From the NCBI GenBank assembly GCA_017533795.1, contig JAFWIH010000005.1:6690-70689 (forward strand): a stretch of DNA of 64,000 nt. Reading direction: 5' to 3'. Made by a program: the position numbers and the translations under genes. Source of the DNA: Clostridia bacterium (GTDB lineage: Bacteria > Bacillota > Clostridia > TANB77 > CAG-508). Each line of letters begins with the position of its first letter. Positions within the stretch are counted from its first letter, which is position 1. Below are positions 39,230-49,552 of this stretch, piece after piece. The notes under the pieces are model-generated. The model was not told the origin of the DNA. It searched no databases and saw only the letters and a program-made list of their open reading frames with translations.

Positions 39230-39367
39230 ATGGAAGAAAACAATAATAAACACAGTGAAGATGTAAATATTAGTTTAGGAACTACAGTTTTTATTGCAGT
39301 AGTTGCAGCATTAGCTGCTACATCTTTAATTGTATGGATTAGCTTTAGAATTAGAGGAGTTTTATAA
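39230..39367 (+). CDS. 45-aa single-TM protein (not in ORF track)
   Basis: RBS AAGGAGG; MEENNNKHSEDVNISLGTTVFIAVVAALAATSLIVWISFRIRGVL*. Confidence 0.65.
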   Translation: MEENNNKHSEDVNISLGTTVFIAVVAALAATSLIVWISFRIRGVL

Positions 39368-39394
39368 ATAAATTCTGCAGCAAAAGGATTAATT

Positions 39395-40384
39395 ATGGAT
39401 GAACAAATTTTAAAAACTATAAATAAATATGAATTAATAAAATCTGGCGACAAAATAGTACTAGCAGTATCAGGCGGGCCAGATTCTATTTTTATGCTTG
39501 ATATTTTAATTAAACTAAGAAAAAAAATAAATTATAACATTGTAGTTTGCCATATTAATCATATGATAAGGAAAGAAGCAGAAGCTGATGAAATCTTTGT
39601 TAAGAATTTTTGTGCAAAGTACAATATTGAATGTTTTATTAAAAGAATAGATGTTAGAGAATATGCCAATAATAACAAAATTGGAACTGAAGAGGCAGGA
39701 AGAATTGTTAGATATGAATTCTTTGAGGAAATTCTAAAAAAGACACATTCAAATAAAATTGCTCTAGCACATAACAAAAATGATAAAGTAGAAACGATTT
39801 TAATGAATATACTACGAGGCACAGGAATACAAGGATTAAAAGGAATAGAACCTATAAGAGATAATAAGTATATAAGACCTATAATTGAAATAGAACGAAA
39901 AGACATAGAAAAATACTGTAGGGATAATAATTTAAATCCAAGAATAGACAAAACAAATTTTGAAAATATTTATACTAGAAATAAAATACGTAATGTTGTA
40001 ATTCCATATATACAAAAAGAGTTTAATCCAAGTATTGTAGAATCAATAAATAGATTATCACAAATTGCAACAGAAGAAGACGACTTTTTAAATGCTTATA
40101 CAAAAGAAATATATAAGAATATAATTATAGAAGAAAAGAAAAACCAAATTATCTTAAATTTGAAAGAACTAAATAAGCAAGATAGAGTAATAAAAAAAAG
40201 AATTATTTTATATACTATAAATAATCTATTTGGTTCAAATAACGGAATTGAAAAGATACATATAGAAGATGTCTTAAAACTATGTGAAAAGAATATAGGA
40301 AATAAGTATTTAACCCCAAATAAGAATATAAAAATTTTAGTAAATAAAGGAAAAGTTTTTTTTATTGTTACAAAAAACTATTGA
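39395..40384 (+). CDS. tilS: tRNA(Ile)-lysidine synthase (short form)
   Basis: AVSGGPDS, HINH.IR, AHNKND..ET, IRPI, RNKIR. Confidence 0.95.
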   Translation: MDEQILKTINKYELIKSGDKIVLAVSGGPDSIFMLDILIKLRKKINYNIVVCHINHMIRKEAEADEIFVKNFCAKYNIECFIKRIDVREYANNNKIGTEEAGRIVRYEFFEEILKKTHSNKIALAHNKNDKVETILMNILRGTGIQGLKGIEPIRDNKYIRPIIEIERKDIEKYCRDNNLNPRIDKTNFENIYTRNKIRNVVIPYIQKEFNPSIVESINRLSQIATEEDDFLNAYTKEIYKNIIIEEKKNQIILNLKELNKQDRVIKKRIILYTINNLFGSNNGIEKIHIEDVLKLCEKNIGNKYLTPNKNIKILVNKGKVFFIVTKNY

Positions 40385-40440
40385 AAAAGTAGGCAAAATA
40401 TGGTATATGTTATATTGCAAAGGTAAAGGGAGGAAAACAG

Positions 40441-42243
40441 ATGAAAAATGGAATAAAAACACTAGCTATATGGTTAATAATAGGCATAATATTTATAGGA
40501 GTAGTTTCTGGTTTATGGCAAAACCAACAAACTAAAATGACATATTCAGACTTAGTATCTAGTATTGAAGCAGGTGAGGTTGATAAAATAGAAATGTCAT
40601 CTAATGGTAAAACTGCTACAGTTCAATTAAGAGGTGAAAAAACACTAAAAGAAGTCAATATTCCAAGTGTAGACAGTTTTATGGATTTTTCAAAAGATTA
40701 TCTTAAAGATGGAACACTTGTATTAGATGGAAAGTCGGAATCAATATTTATAACGCTATTTAGTTTACTTACACCACTTGGACTTTTAGTTATCTTCTTG
40801 ATTTTTTGGTATTTTATGATGAGCAGCAATAATCAGGGTGGAACTAAGACTATGACATTTGGAAAAAGTAAAGCAAGACTTATTAACTCAACAGATAAAA
40901 CTAAAGTTAATTTTGATGATGTTGCAGGTGTTGACGAAGAAAAAGAAGAATTACAAGAAATTGTAGAGTTTTTAAAAAATCCTAAAAAATTTACAGATAT
41001 GGGAGCACGTATACCAAAAGGAGTGCTACTTGTTGGAAGCCCAGGTACTGGTAAAACACTTTTGGCAAAAGCAGTTGCTGGAGAAGCTGGAGTACCATTT
41101 TTTATAATTAGTGGTTCTGATTTTGTTGAAATGTTTGTTGGAGTTGGTGCTTCAAGAGTTAGAGATTTGTTTGAGCAAGCAAAAAGAAGTGCTCCATGTA
41201 TAGTTTTTATAGATGAAATAGATGCAGTGGGTCGTCAAAGAGGAGCTGGACTTGGTGGAGGACATGACGAGAGAGAACAAACACTTAATCAGCTATTAGT
41301 TGAAATGGATGGATTTGCTGAAAACGAGGGAGTTATTGTTTTAGCAGCTACAAATAGACCAGATGTATTAGATAAAGCGCTTTTAAGACCAGGTAGATTT
41401 GACAGACAAATAGTTGTTGGAAGTCCAGATGTTAAAGCAAGAGAACAAATATTAGAAGTTCATGCTAGAAGAAAAAGATTAGCAGATGATGTAGACTTAA
41501 GAGTTATTGCAAAAAATACATCAGGATTTGCAGGAGCAGATCTAGAAAATGTTTTAAATGAAGCGGCATTGTTAGCAGCAAGAAGAAACATGAATGAGAT
41601 AGGCATGAAAGAAATAGAAGATGCAATGGTAAAAGTAACAATGGGACCAGAAAAGAAAACAAGAGTTAGAAGTGAAAAAGAAAACACTTTGACTGCATAT
41701 CATGAGGCTGGTCATGCTGTTGTTAGTAGATTTTTAGAGACACAAGATCCTGTTCATCAAATTTCAATTGTACCAAGAGGTATGGCTGGTGGATATACAA
41801 TGTATAGACCTACAGAGGACAAATCATTTATGTCTAAAACAGAAATGGAAGAGAATATAGTTTCATTACTTGGTGGAAGAGTTGCAGAGAGTCTTATATT
41901 ACATGATATTTCTACTGGTGCAAGTAATGACATAGAAAGAGCAACAAAAATTGCAAGAGACATGGTTACTAAATATGGTATGAGTGACAGAATTGGTGCT
42001 ATAATGTTTGGCTCAGGGCAAGAAGAAGTATTTTTAGGAAGAGACTTTGCCCAAGCTAAAAATTATTCTGAAGAAACTGCAGGAATTATAGATGAAGAGG
42101 TAAAGGCAATAATAGACAAAGGATACAATCGTGCAAGAGAGATTTTAACACAACATGTAGATAAATTACATTTAGTTGCAGGTGTATTACTAGAAAAAGA
42201 AAAAATCGAAGCGGATGAATTTGAAGCAATTTTTAATCAATAA
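40441..42243 (+). CDS. ftsH: ATP-dependent zinc metalloprotease FtsH
   Basis: 2 [31 protein letters not shown]. Confidence 0.98.
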   Translation: MKNGIKTLAIWLIIGIIFIGVVSGLWQNQQTKMTYSDLVSSIEAGEVDKIEMSSNGKTATVQLRGEKTLKEVNIPSVDSFMDFSKDYLKDGTLVLDGKSESIFITLFSLLTPLGLLVIFLIFWYFMMSSNNQGGTKTMTFGKSKARLINSTDKTKVNFDDVAGVDEEKEELQEIVEFLKNPKKFTDMGARIPKGVLLVGSPGTGKTLLAKAVAGEAGVPFFIISGSDFVEMFVGVGASRVRDLFEQAKRSAPCIVFIDEIDAVGRQRGAGLGGGHDEREQTLNQLLVEMDGFAENEGVIVLAATNRPDVLDKALLRPGRFDRQIVVGSPDVKAREQILEVHARRKRLADDVDLRVIAKNTSGFAGADLENVLNEAALLAARRNMNEIGMKEIEDAMVKVTMGPEKKTRVRSEKENTLTAYHEAGHAVVSRFLETQDPVHQISIVPRGMAGGYTMYRPTEDKSFMSKTEMEENIVSLLGGRVAESLILHDISTGASNDIERATKIARDMVTKYGMSDRIGAIMFGSGQEEVFLGRDFAQAKNYSEETAGIIDEEVKAIIDKGYNRAREILTQHVDKLHLVAGVLLEKEKIEADEFEAIFNQ

Positions 42244-42311
42244 TACATTTTAAGAATAACCCTCCAATTATAAGCATATAAATTAAATAGCTTATAATTG
42301 GGGGTATTTAT

Positions 42312-43088
42312 ATGTTTTTTGTAATCAATAAGGAAAAACTAAGTAGCTATATTGTTTTAATAACTACAGTCTTAGTTTTATTTGTTATGGCAAGTAAAGT
42401 AACACCAAAAGTCAATACAATAGAAACAAGTGCAGATGTACAAAAAAAACTTCCAATATATAATGTAGAAACAAATGAAAACAAAATAGCATATACAATA
42501 AATTGTGCATGGAATGCAGATGATATAGATTTAATTTTGGATATTTTGGAAAAAAACAATATAAAAATAACATTTTTTTTAGTTGGAAATTGGGTAGATA
42601 AATATCCTGATGCTGCAAAAAAAATAGCAGAAAGTGGAAATGAAATAGGGGTTCATAGTAATACACATCCACATGTAAACAATTTAACATATGAAAAAAA
42701 TATTGAAGAAATAGAAAAGTGTAGCAATAAAATTGAAGAAATAACAGGGAAAAAAACTTATTTATATAGGACACCATATGGAGAATACAATGATACTGTA
42801 ATATCAGCTGCTCAAGAAAAAGGGTATATACCAATACAATGGAATATAGATACTTTAGATTATAATTCACTTACAGGTGAAGAAATGTGGAAAAGGATAA
42901 ATGAAAAGATAGCAAGAGGGTCAATAATACTCAGCCATAATGGGACGGAACATACTGCAGATAGTTTAGACAAGATTATAAAAAATATAAAATTAAAGGG
43001 ATATGAAATTGTTCCTGTATCAGATTTAATCTATAAAAATAATTATTTAATTAATAGTAATGGTACACAAATTATGAGAAATGAATAA
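42312..43088 (+). CDS. Polysaccharide deacetylase (sporulation PdaB-like)
   Basis: LPIYNVET…YTINCAW, TFFLVG, HSNTHPH, RTPYG, WNIDTLDY, LSHN. Confidence 0.88.
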   Translation: MFFVINKEKLSSYIVLITTVLVLFVMASKVTPKVNTIETSADVQKKLPIYNVETNENKIAYTINCAWNADDIDLILDILEKNNIKITFFLVGNWVDKYPDAAKKIAESGNEIGVHSNTHPHVNNLTYEKNIEEIEKCSNKIEEITGKKTYLYRTPYGEYNDTVISAAQEKGYIPIQWNIDTLDYNSLTGEEMWKRINEKIARGSIILSHNGTEHTADSLDKIIKNIKLKGYEIVPVSDLIYKNNYLINSNGTQIMRNE

Positions 43089-43131
43089 ATTTCCAAACAT
43101 GGGGTATACTAAAAACAAAAAGGAGAATGCA

Positions 43132-43623
43132 ATGTCTTTTGTAGGTATTATTTCAAATATTGAGGAATATAAACTTATAAAGAGTAAATTTGTGAATAAT
43201 GGCAATATAAGAAAAACAGAATTAATTAATATTAATAAGAATAATATAGAAAATATGAAAAACATAAGATTTGAATTAATGGTGGTATGTAATGACTTAA
43301 AAGAATTAAAAAGACAAAAAGTTCTTCTCAATAAATTAATAGAGAATAGTAAATACTTGATTTTGAACATAGATAATAATATTACAGATTTTGATTTAGA
43401 AAATAAAAATATACAAGTAATAACATATGGAATGAATCAAAAAGCAACAGTTACAGCTTCTTCAATAAAAGATGATGAGGTGCTGATTTGCTTACAAAGA
43501 AATATAGAAAAGATTAATGGAAAAAAGGTAGAAATGCAAGAATTGAAGAGAAAAAATAACATTGATTTCAATAATATCTATAATTTATTAGTTGTTTTTA
43601 TACTAGAATTATTATATAATTGA
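43132..43623 (+). CDS. Conserved clostridial hypothetical protein (Mur-ligase middle-domain-like fragment)
   Basis: ILNID…VITYGMNQKATVTASSI…CLQR; ATG 43132 after AAGGAG; upstream GAATA…GGGTATACTA resembles a SigF/G promoter. Confidence 0.7.
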   Translation: MSFVGIISNIEEYKLIKSKFVNNGNIRKTELININKNNIENMKNIRFELMVVCNDLKELKRQKVLLNKLIENSKYLILNIDNNITDFDLENKNIQVITYGMNQKATVTASSIKDDEVLICLQRNIEKINGKKVEMQELKRKNNIDFNNIYNLLVVFILELLYN

Positions 43624-43763
43624 AAAAAATTTACAAAATTAAACAAATTTAACTTTTTATGTAGACAAAACCAAAAAAACGTGTTATAATAGGTAATGTA
43701 GAATTTTTTGACGCATCAAGACAAAGATACAATAGATAAATAAAAAAATAGGGAGGAATAGAA

Positions 43764-44462
43764 TTGGATACAAATTATTTAGAAAATAACTACTTAACAT
43801 TGGTAGGAAAAGTTACAGGAGAAAAAAGATTTAGCCATGAAATATATGGTGAAAGATTTTACATATTTGACTTATCAATAGCACGTTTAAGTGGAAATGC
43901 AGATGTAATTCCTGTAACAGTTTCAGAAAGACTAATAACAGATAGTATGCTTGAAGAAGGCAGAAAGCTAATGGTAAAAGGTCAATTTAGGTCTTATAAT
44001 AGTTATGAAAACGAAAAAAACAAATTAATATTAACTGTATTTGCAAAAGATATTGCAGAAGTTAAAGAACCAGAAATTGAAGAAGAAAATGATATGGTAT
44101 CAAAAGATACAATAACAAATGAAGTTGTATTAATAGGGTTTGTATGTAAAAAACCTATTTATAGACAAACACCATTTGGTAGGGAAATTGCAGATTTATT
44201 ATTAGCTGTTAATAGGGCGTATAATAAATCAGACTATATACCAACAATAGCATGGGGAAGAAATGCAAGATTTTGTCAGAACCTTGAAGTTGGAACACAA
44301 GTCAAAATTGTAGGAAGAGTTCAATCTAGACAATATGAGAAGAAATTTGAAGATGGAACATCTGAAATAAGAGTTGCTTATGAAGTTTCAGTTGGTAGCT
44401 TAGAAGTAATTCAAGAAGAAAAACCTGAAAACGAAGTTGACAAAGACGAAGCAGCAGTTTAA
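43764..44462 (+). CDS. Single-stranded DNA-binding protein with two tandem OB folds (clostridial type)
   Basis: N.LTLVGKV…V.GQFRSYN and NEVVLIG…TPFGREIAD…IAWGRNA…GRVQSRQY. Confidence 0.9.
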   Translation: MDTNYLENNYLTLVGKVTGEKRFSHEIYGERFYIFDLSIARLSGNADVIPVTVSERLITDSMLEEGRKLMVKGQFRSYNSYENEKNKLILTVFAKDIAEVKEPEIEEENDMVSKDTITNEVVLIGFVCKKPIYRQTPFGREIADLLLAVNRAYNKSDYIPTIAWGRNARFCQNLEVGTQVKIVGRVQSRQYEKKFEDGTSEIRVAYEVSVGSLEVIQEEKPENEVDKDEAAV

Positions 44463-44582
44463 ATAAAAGATGTTTATAGTATATATTATAAAAAGTTTGA
44501 AAGGTATAGTCTTTTCAAACTTTTTTTGCTATAATATCAACCAAAGGAGATAGTTATTTTTGGTTGTAAAGGAGAGAGAAGA

Positions 44583-46250
44583 TTGAAAAAGGATAAAACA
44601 GTCTTTAAATTTAATATATTAGCAGTAGTATTAATAATTATTTTTTGTGTGTCAATTACACCTATAACATTACAAAATGACACTTATTATACAATTTCAA
44701 TAGGTGAACATATCTTAAAAAATGGAATTGATATGCATGACCCATTTTCATGGCATAATATACCCTATACTTATCCACATTGGGGTTATGACGTGTTGAT
44801 ATATATAATATATTCGTGGTTTGGAATGGTAGGAATATACATTGCAACATGCTTTCTTTCTTCAATTTTAGGATTAGCAATATATGGAGTAAATTGTAAA
44901 CTCGCAAAGAATCATGTAATATCATTTCTAATAACTATGATATCAATGTTTTTACTTAAAGACTATATTGCAGCCAGAGCTCAGCTTGTAACGTTTATAC
45001 TGTTTATTTTAACAATTTATTGTATAGAGATGTTTTTAGAAACTAAGAAAAAATATTATGCAGCAAGTTTAGTTATAATTTCTATTATTATAGCAAATGT
45101 TCATGTTGCTGTTTGGCCTTTTTATTTTATATTATTCATGCCTTACTTAGGTGAATATATATTTTCAGTTGTAGCAGATACTATTATAGAGAAAAAATAC
45201 ACAAAGTATATATTGAAAAAAAGAATAGAAAAGCTATCAAAAAAACCTGGAAATGAAGAAAAAATTGCAAAAATGCAGATTAAGCTAAGCAAATTAAATA
45301 TTAAAGTGGAAGCAATTAAAACTAAAAGAAAAGAATCTAAGAAAAATCCTTATAAGATTAAGATAAATAAAAATAAGACAACAAGATGGCTAATAGTTAT
45401 TTTAATAATATGTGTGTTAACAGGGCTACTTACTCCACTTGGAGATACGCCATATACTTATTTAGCAAAAACAATGCAAGGAAATACAACAAAAAATATA
45501 AATGAACATCTACCTATGACAATTATAGAACATGAATATGTATTTTGCTTATTAATAGCTTATATAGCATTATTAACATTTACTACAGCAAAAATTGAGT
45601 TAAAGGATTTGCTTATGATTTGTGGTCTAGCATATTTAATGTTAGCTTCAAGAAGACAAGTAACTATGTTTGTTTTAATTGGTTCAGTTGTTATAAATAG
45701 AATGATGCTTGAAGCTATAGAAACAAACTTAAAAAAAGATGTAGAGAAAATAGTAATAAAAAAAATGACAACAAAAACTTGTATTTGTATTATTAGTGCA
45801 CTTGTTTTGGGCATTAGTTTACACTTTATAGATGTAAAAAAAGATGATCAAATAGTAGACGAAAAATCATATCCTGTAGCTGCATGTGATTATATTTTAA
45901 AAAATATAGACATAAACAAGGCGAAATTCTACAATGATTACAACTATGGGAGTTATATGTTATATAGAGGAATCCCAGTTTTTATAGATTCAAGAGCAGA
46001 TTTATATGCGCCAGAATTTAATACACCTACAGGCAAAGTAGAAGATGGAAAAGATATTTTTATGGATTTTATGAATGTGTCAAGTATTGCAACATATTAT
46101 GATACTGTTTTTGATAATTATCAAATGACACATGTTATAACAACAAAATATTCTAAATTAGCAATGCTAATAAATAATAGAAATGATAAAAAATATAAAG
46201 AGTTATATTCAGATAACTATTTTATAATATATGCAATAGATAGAACATAA
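44583..46250 (+). CDS. Polytopic membrane protein, GT-C-type glycosyltransferase-like
   Basis: QNDTYY..IG..I..NG..DPFSW first loop; many TMs; YNYGSYMLYRGIPVFIDSRADLY. Confidence 0.7.
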   Translation: MKKDKTVFKFNILAVVLIIIFCVSITPITLQNDTYYTISIGEHILKNGIDMHDPFSWHNIPYTYPHWGYDVLIYIIYSWFGMVGIYIATCFLSSILGLAIYGVNCKLAKNHVISFLITMISMFLLKDYIAARAQLVTFILFILTIYCIEMFLETKKKYYAASLVIISIIIANVHVAVWPFYFILFMPYLGEYIFSVVADTIIEKKYTKYILKKRIEKLSKKPGNEEKIAKMQIKLSKLNIKVEAIKTKRKESKKNPYKIKINKNKTTRWLIVILIICVLTGLLTPLGDTPYTYLAKTMQGNTTKNINEHLPMTIIEHEYVFCLLIAYIALLTFTTAKIELKDLLMICGLAYLMLASRRQVTMFVLIGSVVINRMMLEAIETNLKKDVEKIVIKKMTTKTCICIISALVLGISLHFIDVKKDDQIVDEKSYPVAACDYILKNIDINKAKFYNDYNYGSYMLYRGIPVFIDSRADLYAPEFNTPTGKVEDGKDIFMDFMNVSSIATYYDTVFDNYQMTHVITTKYSKLAMLINNRNDKKYKELYSDNYFIIYAIDRT

Positions 46251-46270
46251 TAAAATAAAAGAGGTATTAA

Positions 46271-47176
46271 ATGAAAAAATTTATAGTAGATGATGAAGAC
46301 ATAAATAAAAGATTAGATATATTTTTGTCAGAAAAAAATGAAAAACTTTCTAGAAGTGCTGTACAAAGATTAATAGATGAAGAAAAGGTAAAAATCAACA
46401 ATAAAAGGGCAAAGGCCTCATATAAAGTACAGCTAGATGATGAAATTACTTTAGATGAAGTACCGGCTAAAGAAATTGAACTTAAAGCACAAAGTATTCC
46501 TTTAGAAGTTATATATGAAGATAATGATATAATTGTTATAAATAAACCAAAAGGATTAGTTGTGCATCCTGCAAATGGAAATCCAGATGGAACATTAGTT
46601 AATGCAATAATGGCTCTTTGCAAAGATTCACTTTCTGGAATTGGTGGTGAAATTAGACCAGGAATAGTTCACAGACTGGATAAAGATACAAGTGGTATTT
46701 TAATTGTTGCTAAAAATGATGAAGCACATATCAACTTAAGTGAACAAATAAAAAATAGAAATGTGAAAAAGGTATATTTAGCATTAGTTAGAGGTGTTGT
46801 AAAAGAAAACGAAGCAACAATAGATATGCCTATAGGAAGAAGCACTAGAGACAGAAAGAAGATGGCAGTAGATAAAAAAGGTAAAAATGCAATAACACAC
46901 ATCAAAGTACTAAGAAGATATGATGAATACACTTTACTTGAAGTGAGAATTGAAACAGGTAGAACTCATCAGATTAGAGTGCATTTATCTGAAATTGGCT
47001 ATCCAGTTGTAGGAGACACTGTATATTCTAATGGTAAAAATAGATTTGGAATAGTGGGTCAATGCTTACACGCTAAATCACTTGATTTTAAGCATCCTAT
47101 AACAGGAAAAGAGATGCATTTAGAAGCGGAGCTACCAGAATATTTTAAGAATATTATTAAGGAATTAGAGAAATAG
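46271..47176 (+). CDS. rluD: RluA/RluD family pseudouridine synthase
   Basis: S4 domain, NKPKGLVVHP, VHRLDKDTSG, TGRTHQIRVH. Confidence 0.95.
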   Translation: MKKFIVDDEDINKRLDIFLSEKNEKLSRSAVQRLIDEEKVKINNKRAKASYKVQLDDEITLDEVPAKEIELKAQSIPLEVIYEDNDIIVINKPKGLVVHPANGNPDGTLVNAIMALCKDSLSGIGGEIRPGIVHRLDKDTSGILIVAKNDEAHINLSEQIKNRNVKKVYLALVRGVVKENEATIDMPIGRSTRDRKKMAVDKKGKNAITHIKVLRRYDEYTLLEVRIETGRTHQIRVHLSEIGYPVVGDTVYSNGKNRFGIVGQCLHAKSLDFKHPITGKEMHLEAELPEYFKNIIKELEK

Positions 47177-47201
47177 GTTATGTACAAAAGGAGGAATCAT
47201 A

Positions 47202-47912
47202 GTGGAAAGACTTCAAAAATTTCTAGCAAATTCGGGAATTGCTTCTAGAAGAAAGTGTGAAGAACTAATAATGGCTGGAAAAGTAAAAGTAAATGGTAAA
47301 ATAGTTACTGAACTTGGCACAAAAATCGAGCCAGGGGTTGACCAGGTAGAATATAATGGGCAAATTGTGAAACAAAATGAAAAAAAAGTTTATATTCTAT
47401 TAAACAAGCCAATAGGCTATGTTACTACAAGTCATGATCAATTTAACAGAGATACAGTTTTAGATTTAGTGAAAGCTAAAGAAAGAATTGTGCCTGTAGG
47501 ACGCTTGGATATGTATACATCTGGAGCATTGATACTTTCAAATGATGGAGACTTTATATATAAAGTAACTCATCCAAAACATGAAATAAACAAAACTTAT
47601 ACGGTAACTGTAAAAGGAATAATAACGGCTGAAGAAGTGCAAAAATTAAGAAATGGAGTAGAAATAGAGAATTATACAACAAGACCTGCAAAAGTTAAAA
47701 TACTAAAAACAGATAAAGATAAAAATCAATCTAGATTGGAGATTACAATCCATGAAGGTAAAAATAGGCAAGTAAGAAAAATGTGTGAAGCTATAGGTAA
47801 AAAAGTACTTGCTTTACATAGAAGTAAGATTGGTGATATTGGAGTAAAAGATTTGGAGATTGGAATGTGGAGATACCTTACGAACAAAGAAAAAGAAGAC
47901 TTACTTAAGTAA
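47202..47912 (+). CDS. rluB: RsuA/RluB family pseudouridine synthase
   Basis: RLQKFLA..GIASRR, PVGRLD, EGKNRQVRKM. Confidence 0.93.
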   Translation: MERLQKFLANSGIASRRKCEELIMAGKVKVNGKIVTELGTKIEPGVDQVEYNGQIVKQNEKKVYILLNKPIGYVTTSHDQFNRDTVLDLVKAKERIVPVGRLDMYTSGALILSNDGDFIYKVTHPKHEINKTYTVTVKGIITAEEVQKLRNGVEIENYTTRPAKVKILKTDKDKNQSRLEITIHEGKNRQVRKMCEAIGKKVLALHRSKIGDIGVKDLEIGMWRYLTNKEKEDLLK

Positions 47913-48632
47913 GTCTTCTTTTTGCCATCCTTTGATGTTTCTTGTAATTGCGCCAAATAAATTTGCTTCAACTTTGGGTATATCTCTTTTTATGTTATAA
48001 ATCATATTTTTCATATCTTCTCTTTTGGAATTACCATCCATTGGACAAGCTTTAGGCATAACTTGAATATTATTTTGCTTAACAAATCTATTTGTGTCTT
48101 TTTCTTTTGCATAAATAAGTGGTCTAATTAAAGTTATTTTAGTTCTATCCATGTAGCTTACAGGAGCAAATGTATTTACACTTCCTGTATATAATAAGTT
48201 AAGCATAAAAGTTTCTAAAACATCGTCTTTATTATGACCTAAAGCTATTTTGTTGCATCCTTCTCTAATAGCTACAGAATTTATAATTCCTCTTCGCAAA
48301 TTTGCACATAAAGAGCAGGGATTTTTTTCATTTCTTATATCAAATACAATTTCTTTAATATTGCTATTTTCTATATATAGAGGAACTTCTAATTTATCAC
48401 ATATATTTTGCAATAAACGTGTGTCAAAAAATTCAAATCCAGGATGTATGCTAATTGCAATTATACTAAACTTTTTAGGGTAAAATCTTTGTAAGGCTTT
48501 AAAGCCGTGTAGCATAGTAATAGAGTCTTTTCCACCAGATAAGCACACTGCAATTTTGTCACCATCTTCAATCATTTTATAATCTTCTATTGCTTTTCTC
48601 ATATAACTTAATATTCGTTGCATTATTATCAC
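47901..48632 (-). CDS. ttcA: tRNA 2-thiocytidine biosynthesis TtcA-family protein
   Basis: PP-loop SGGKDS, PCSLCANLRRG, GHNKDD..ET, IRPL. Confidence 0.88.
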   Translation of the reverse strand: MIIMQRILSYMRKAIEDYKMIEDGDKIAVCLSGGKDSITMLHGFKALQRFYPKKFSIIAISIHPGFEFFDTRLLQNICDKLEVPLYIENSNIKEIVFDIRNEKNPCSLCANLRRGIINSVAIREGCNKIALGHNKDDVLETFMLNLLYTGSVNTFAPVSYMDRTKITLIRPLIYAKEKDTNRFVKQNNIQVMPKACPMDGNSKREDMKNMIYNIKRDIPKVEANLFGAITRNIKGWQKEDLLK

Positions 48633-48701
48633 CTATAATATTATATCATGGCTTGTCAATAGAGAAAAAGTATTGTATAATTCAAATAGGAGGTGCAAAA
48701 C

Positions 48702-48869
48702 ATGGGATTACTTACAAATAAAGATGATGATTATAATGCAGGGCTTGCTTTAGAAAAAATGATGAAAGAATTTGATATAGATTTGGATGACGATATAGAA
48801 AAAACAGATGAAAAGAACAGTGAACGAATAGATAGAAGAAGAGAAAAAATAAAGAAAGAAAGAGAATAA
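48702..48869 (+). CDS. 55-aa highly charged hypothetical protein (not in ORF track)
   Basis: RBS AGGAGGT; MGLLTNKDDDYNAGLALEKMMKEFDIDLDDDIEKTDEKNSERIDRRREKIKKERE*; upstream TTGTCA…TATAAT. Confidence 0.65.
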   Translation: MGLLTNKDDDYNAGLALEKMMKEFDIDLDDDIEKTDEKNSERIDRRREKIKKERE

Positions 48870-48909
48870 AGGAGAAAAAAAGAGAATAATACAGATTTAT
48901 ATGTCTGTG

Positions 48910-49377
48910 TTATTCTCTTTTTTTGCTTTTTTCGTTCCTTAATTCTTTAAAAAAATCTTTTAAAATTTTTTGGCAATCTTTATTTAATATTCCTTTTTCT
49001 ACATTAACCTTGTGATTAAAAGTATAGTCTTCAAAAAGATTTAGTATAGAACCTGCTGCACCTGTTTTTTCATCCATAGTGCCAATATATAGATTACTAA
49101 TTCGTGAATTAATAATTGCACCTGCACACATAGAGCAGGGCTCTAAAGTAACGTACATATCACAATCTAATAATCTCCATGATTTTAGCTTTTTGCTTGC
49201 TTTTTGTATTGCTATTATTTCAGCATGTTTGGTAGTATCAAATTTTGTTTCTTTTAGGTTGTGGGCACGAGCAATGATTTTGTTGTCTTTTACTATTATA
49301 CATCCTACTGGTACTTCTAATTTGTTATAAGCTTTTTTTGCTTCTTTTAAAGCTTCTTTCATAAATTTTTCTTGCAT
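48910..49377 (-). CDS. tadA: tRNA adenosine(34) deaminase
   Basis: EVPVG, HAE, TLEPCSMCAGA, FFKELR. Confidence 0.95.
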   Translation of the reverse strand: MQEKFMKEALKEAKKAYNKLEVPVGCIIVKDNKIIARAHNLKETKFDTTKHAEIIAIQKASKKLKSWRLLDCDMYVTLEPCSMCAGAIINSRISNLYIGTMDEKTGAAGSILNLFEDYTFNHKVNVEKGILNKDCQKILKDFFKELRNEKSKKRE

Positions 49378-49398
49378 AACTATTCCTCAAAAATTTTA

Positions 49399-49474
<76 letters not shown>

Positions 49475-49552
49475 ATATCATCTTTACTATTATACATTAA
49501 GTTGACTTTTTAGTCAAACCTTTATATAATAATAAAATAATAGGAGGCAAAT

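Noticed and set aside
43764-44462. Double-OB SSB lacking the DDxPF tail as a novelty
   Set aside because: This form is a known, widespread clostridial SSB paralogue
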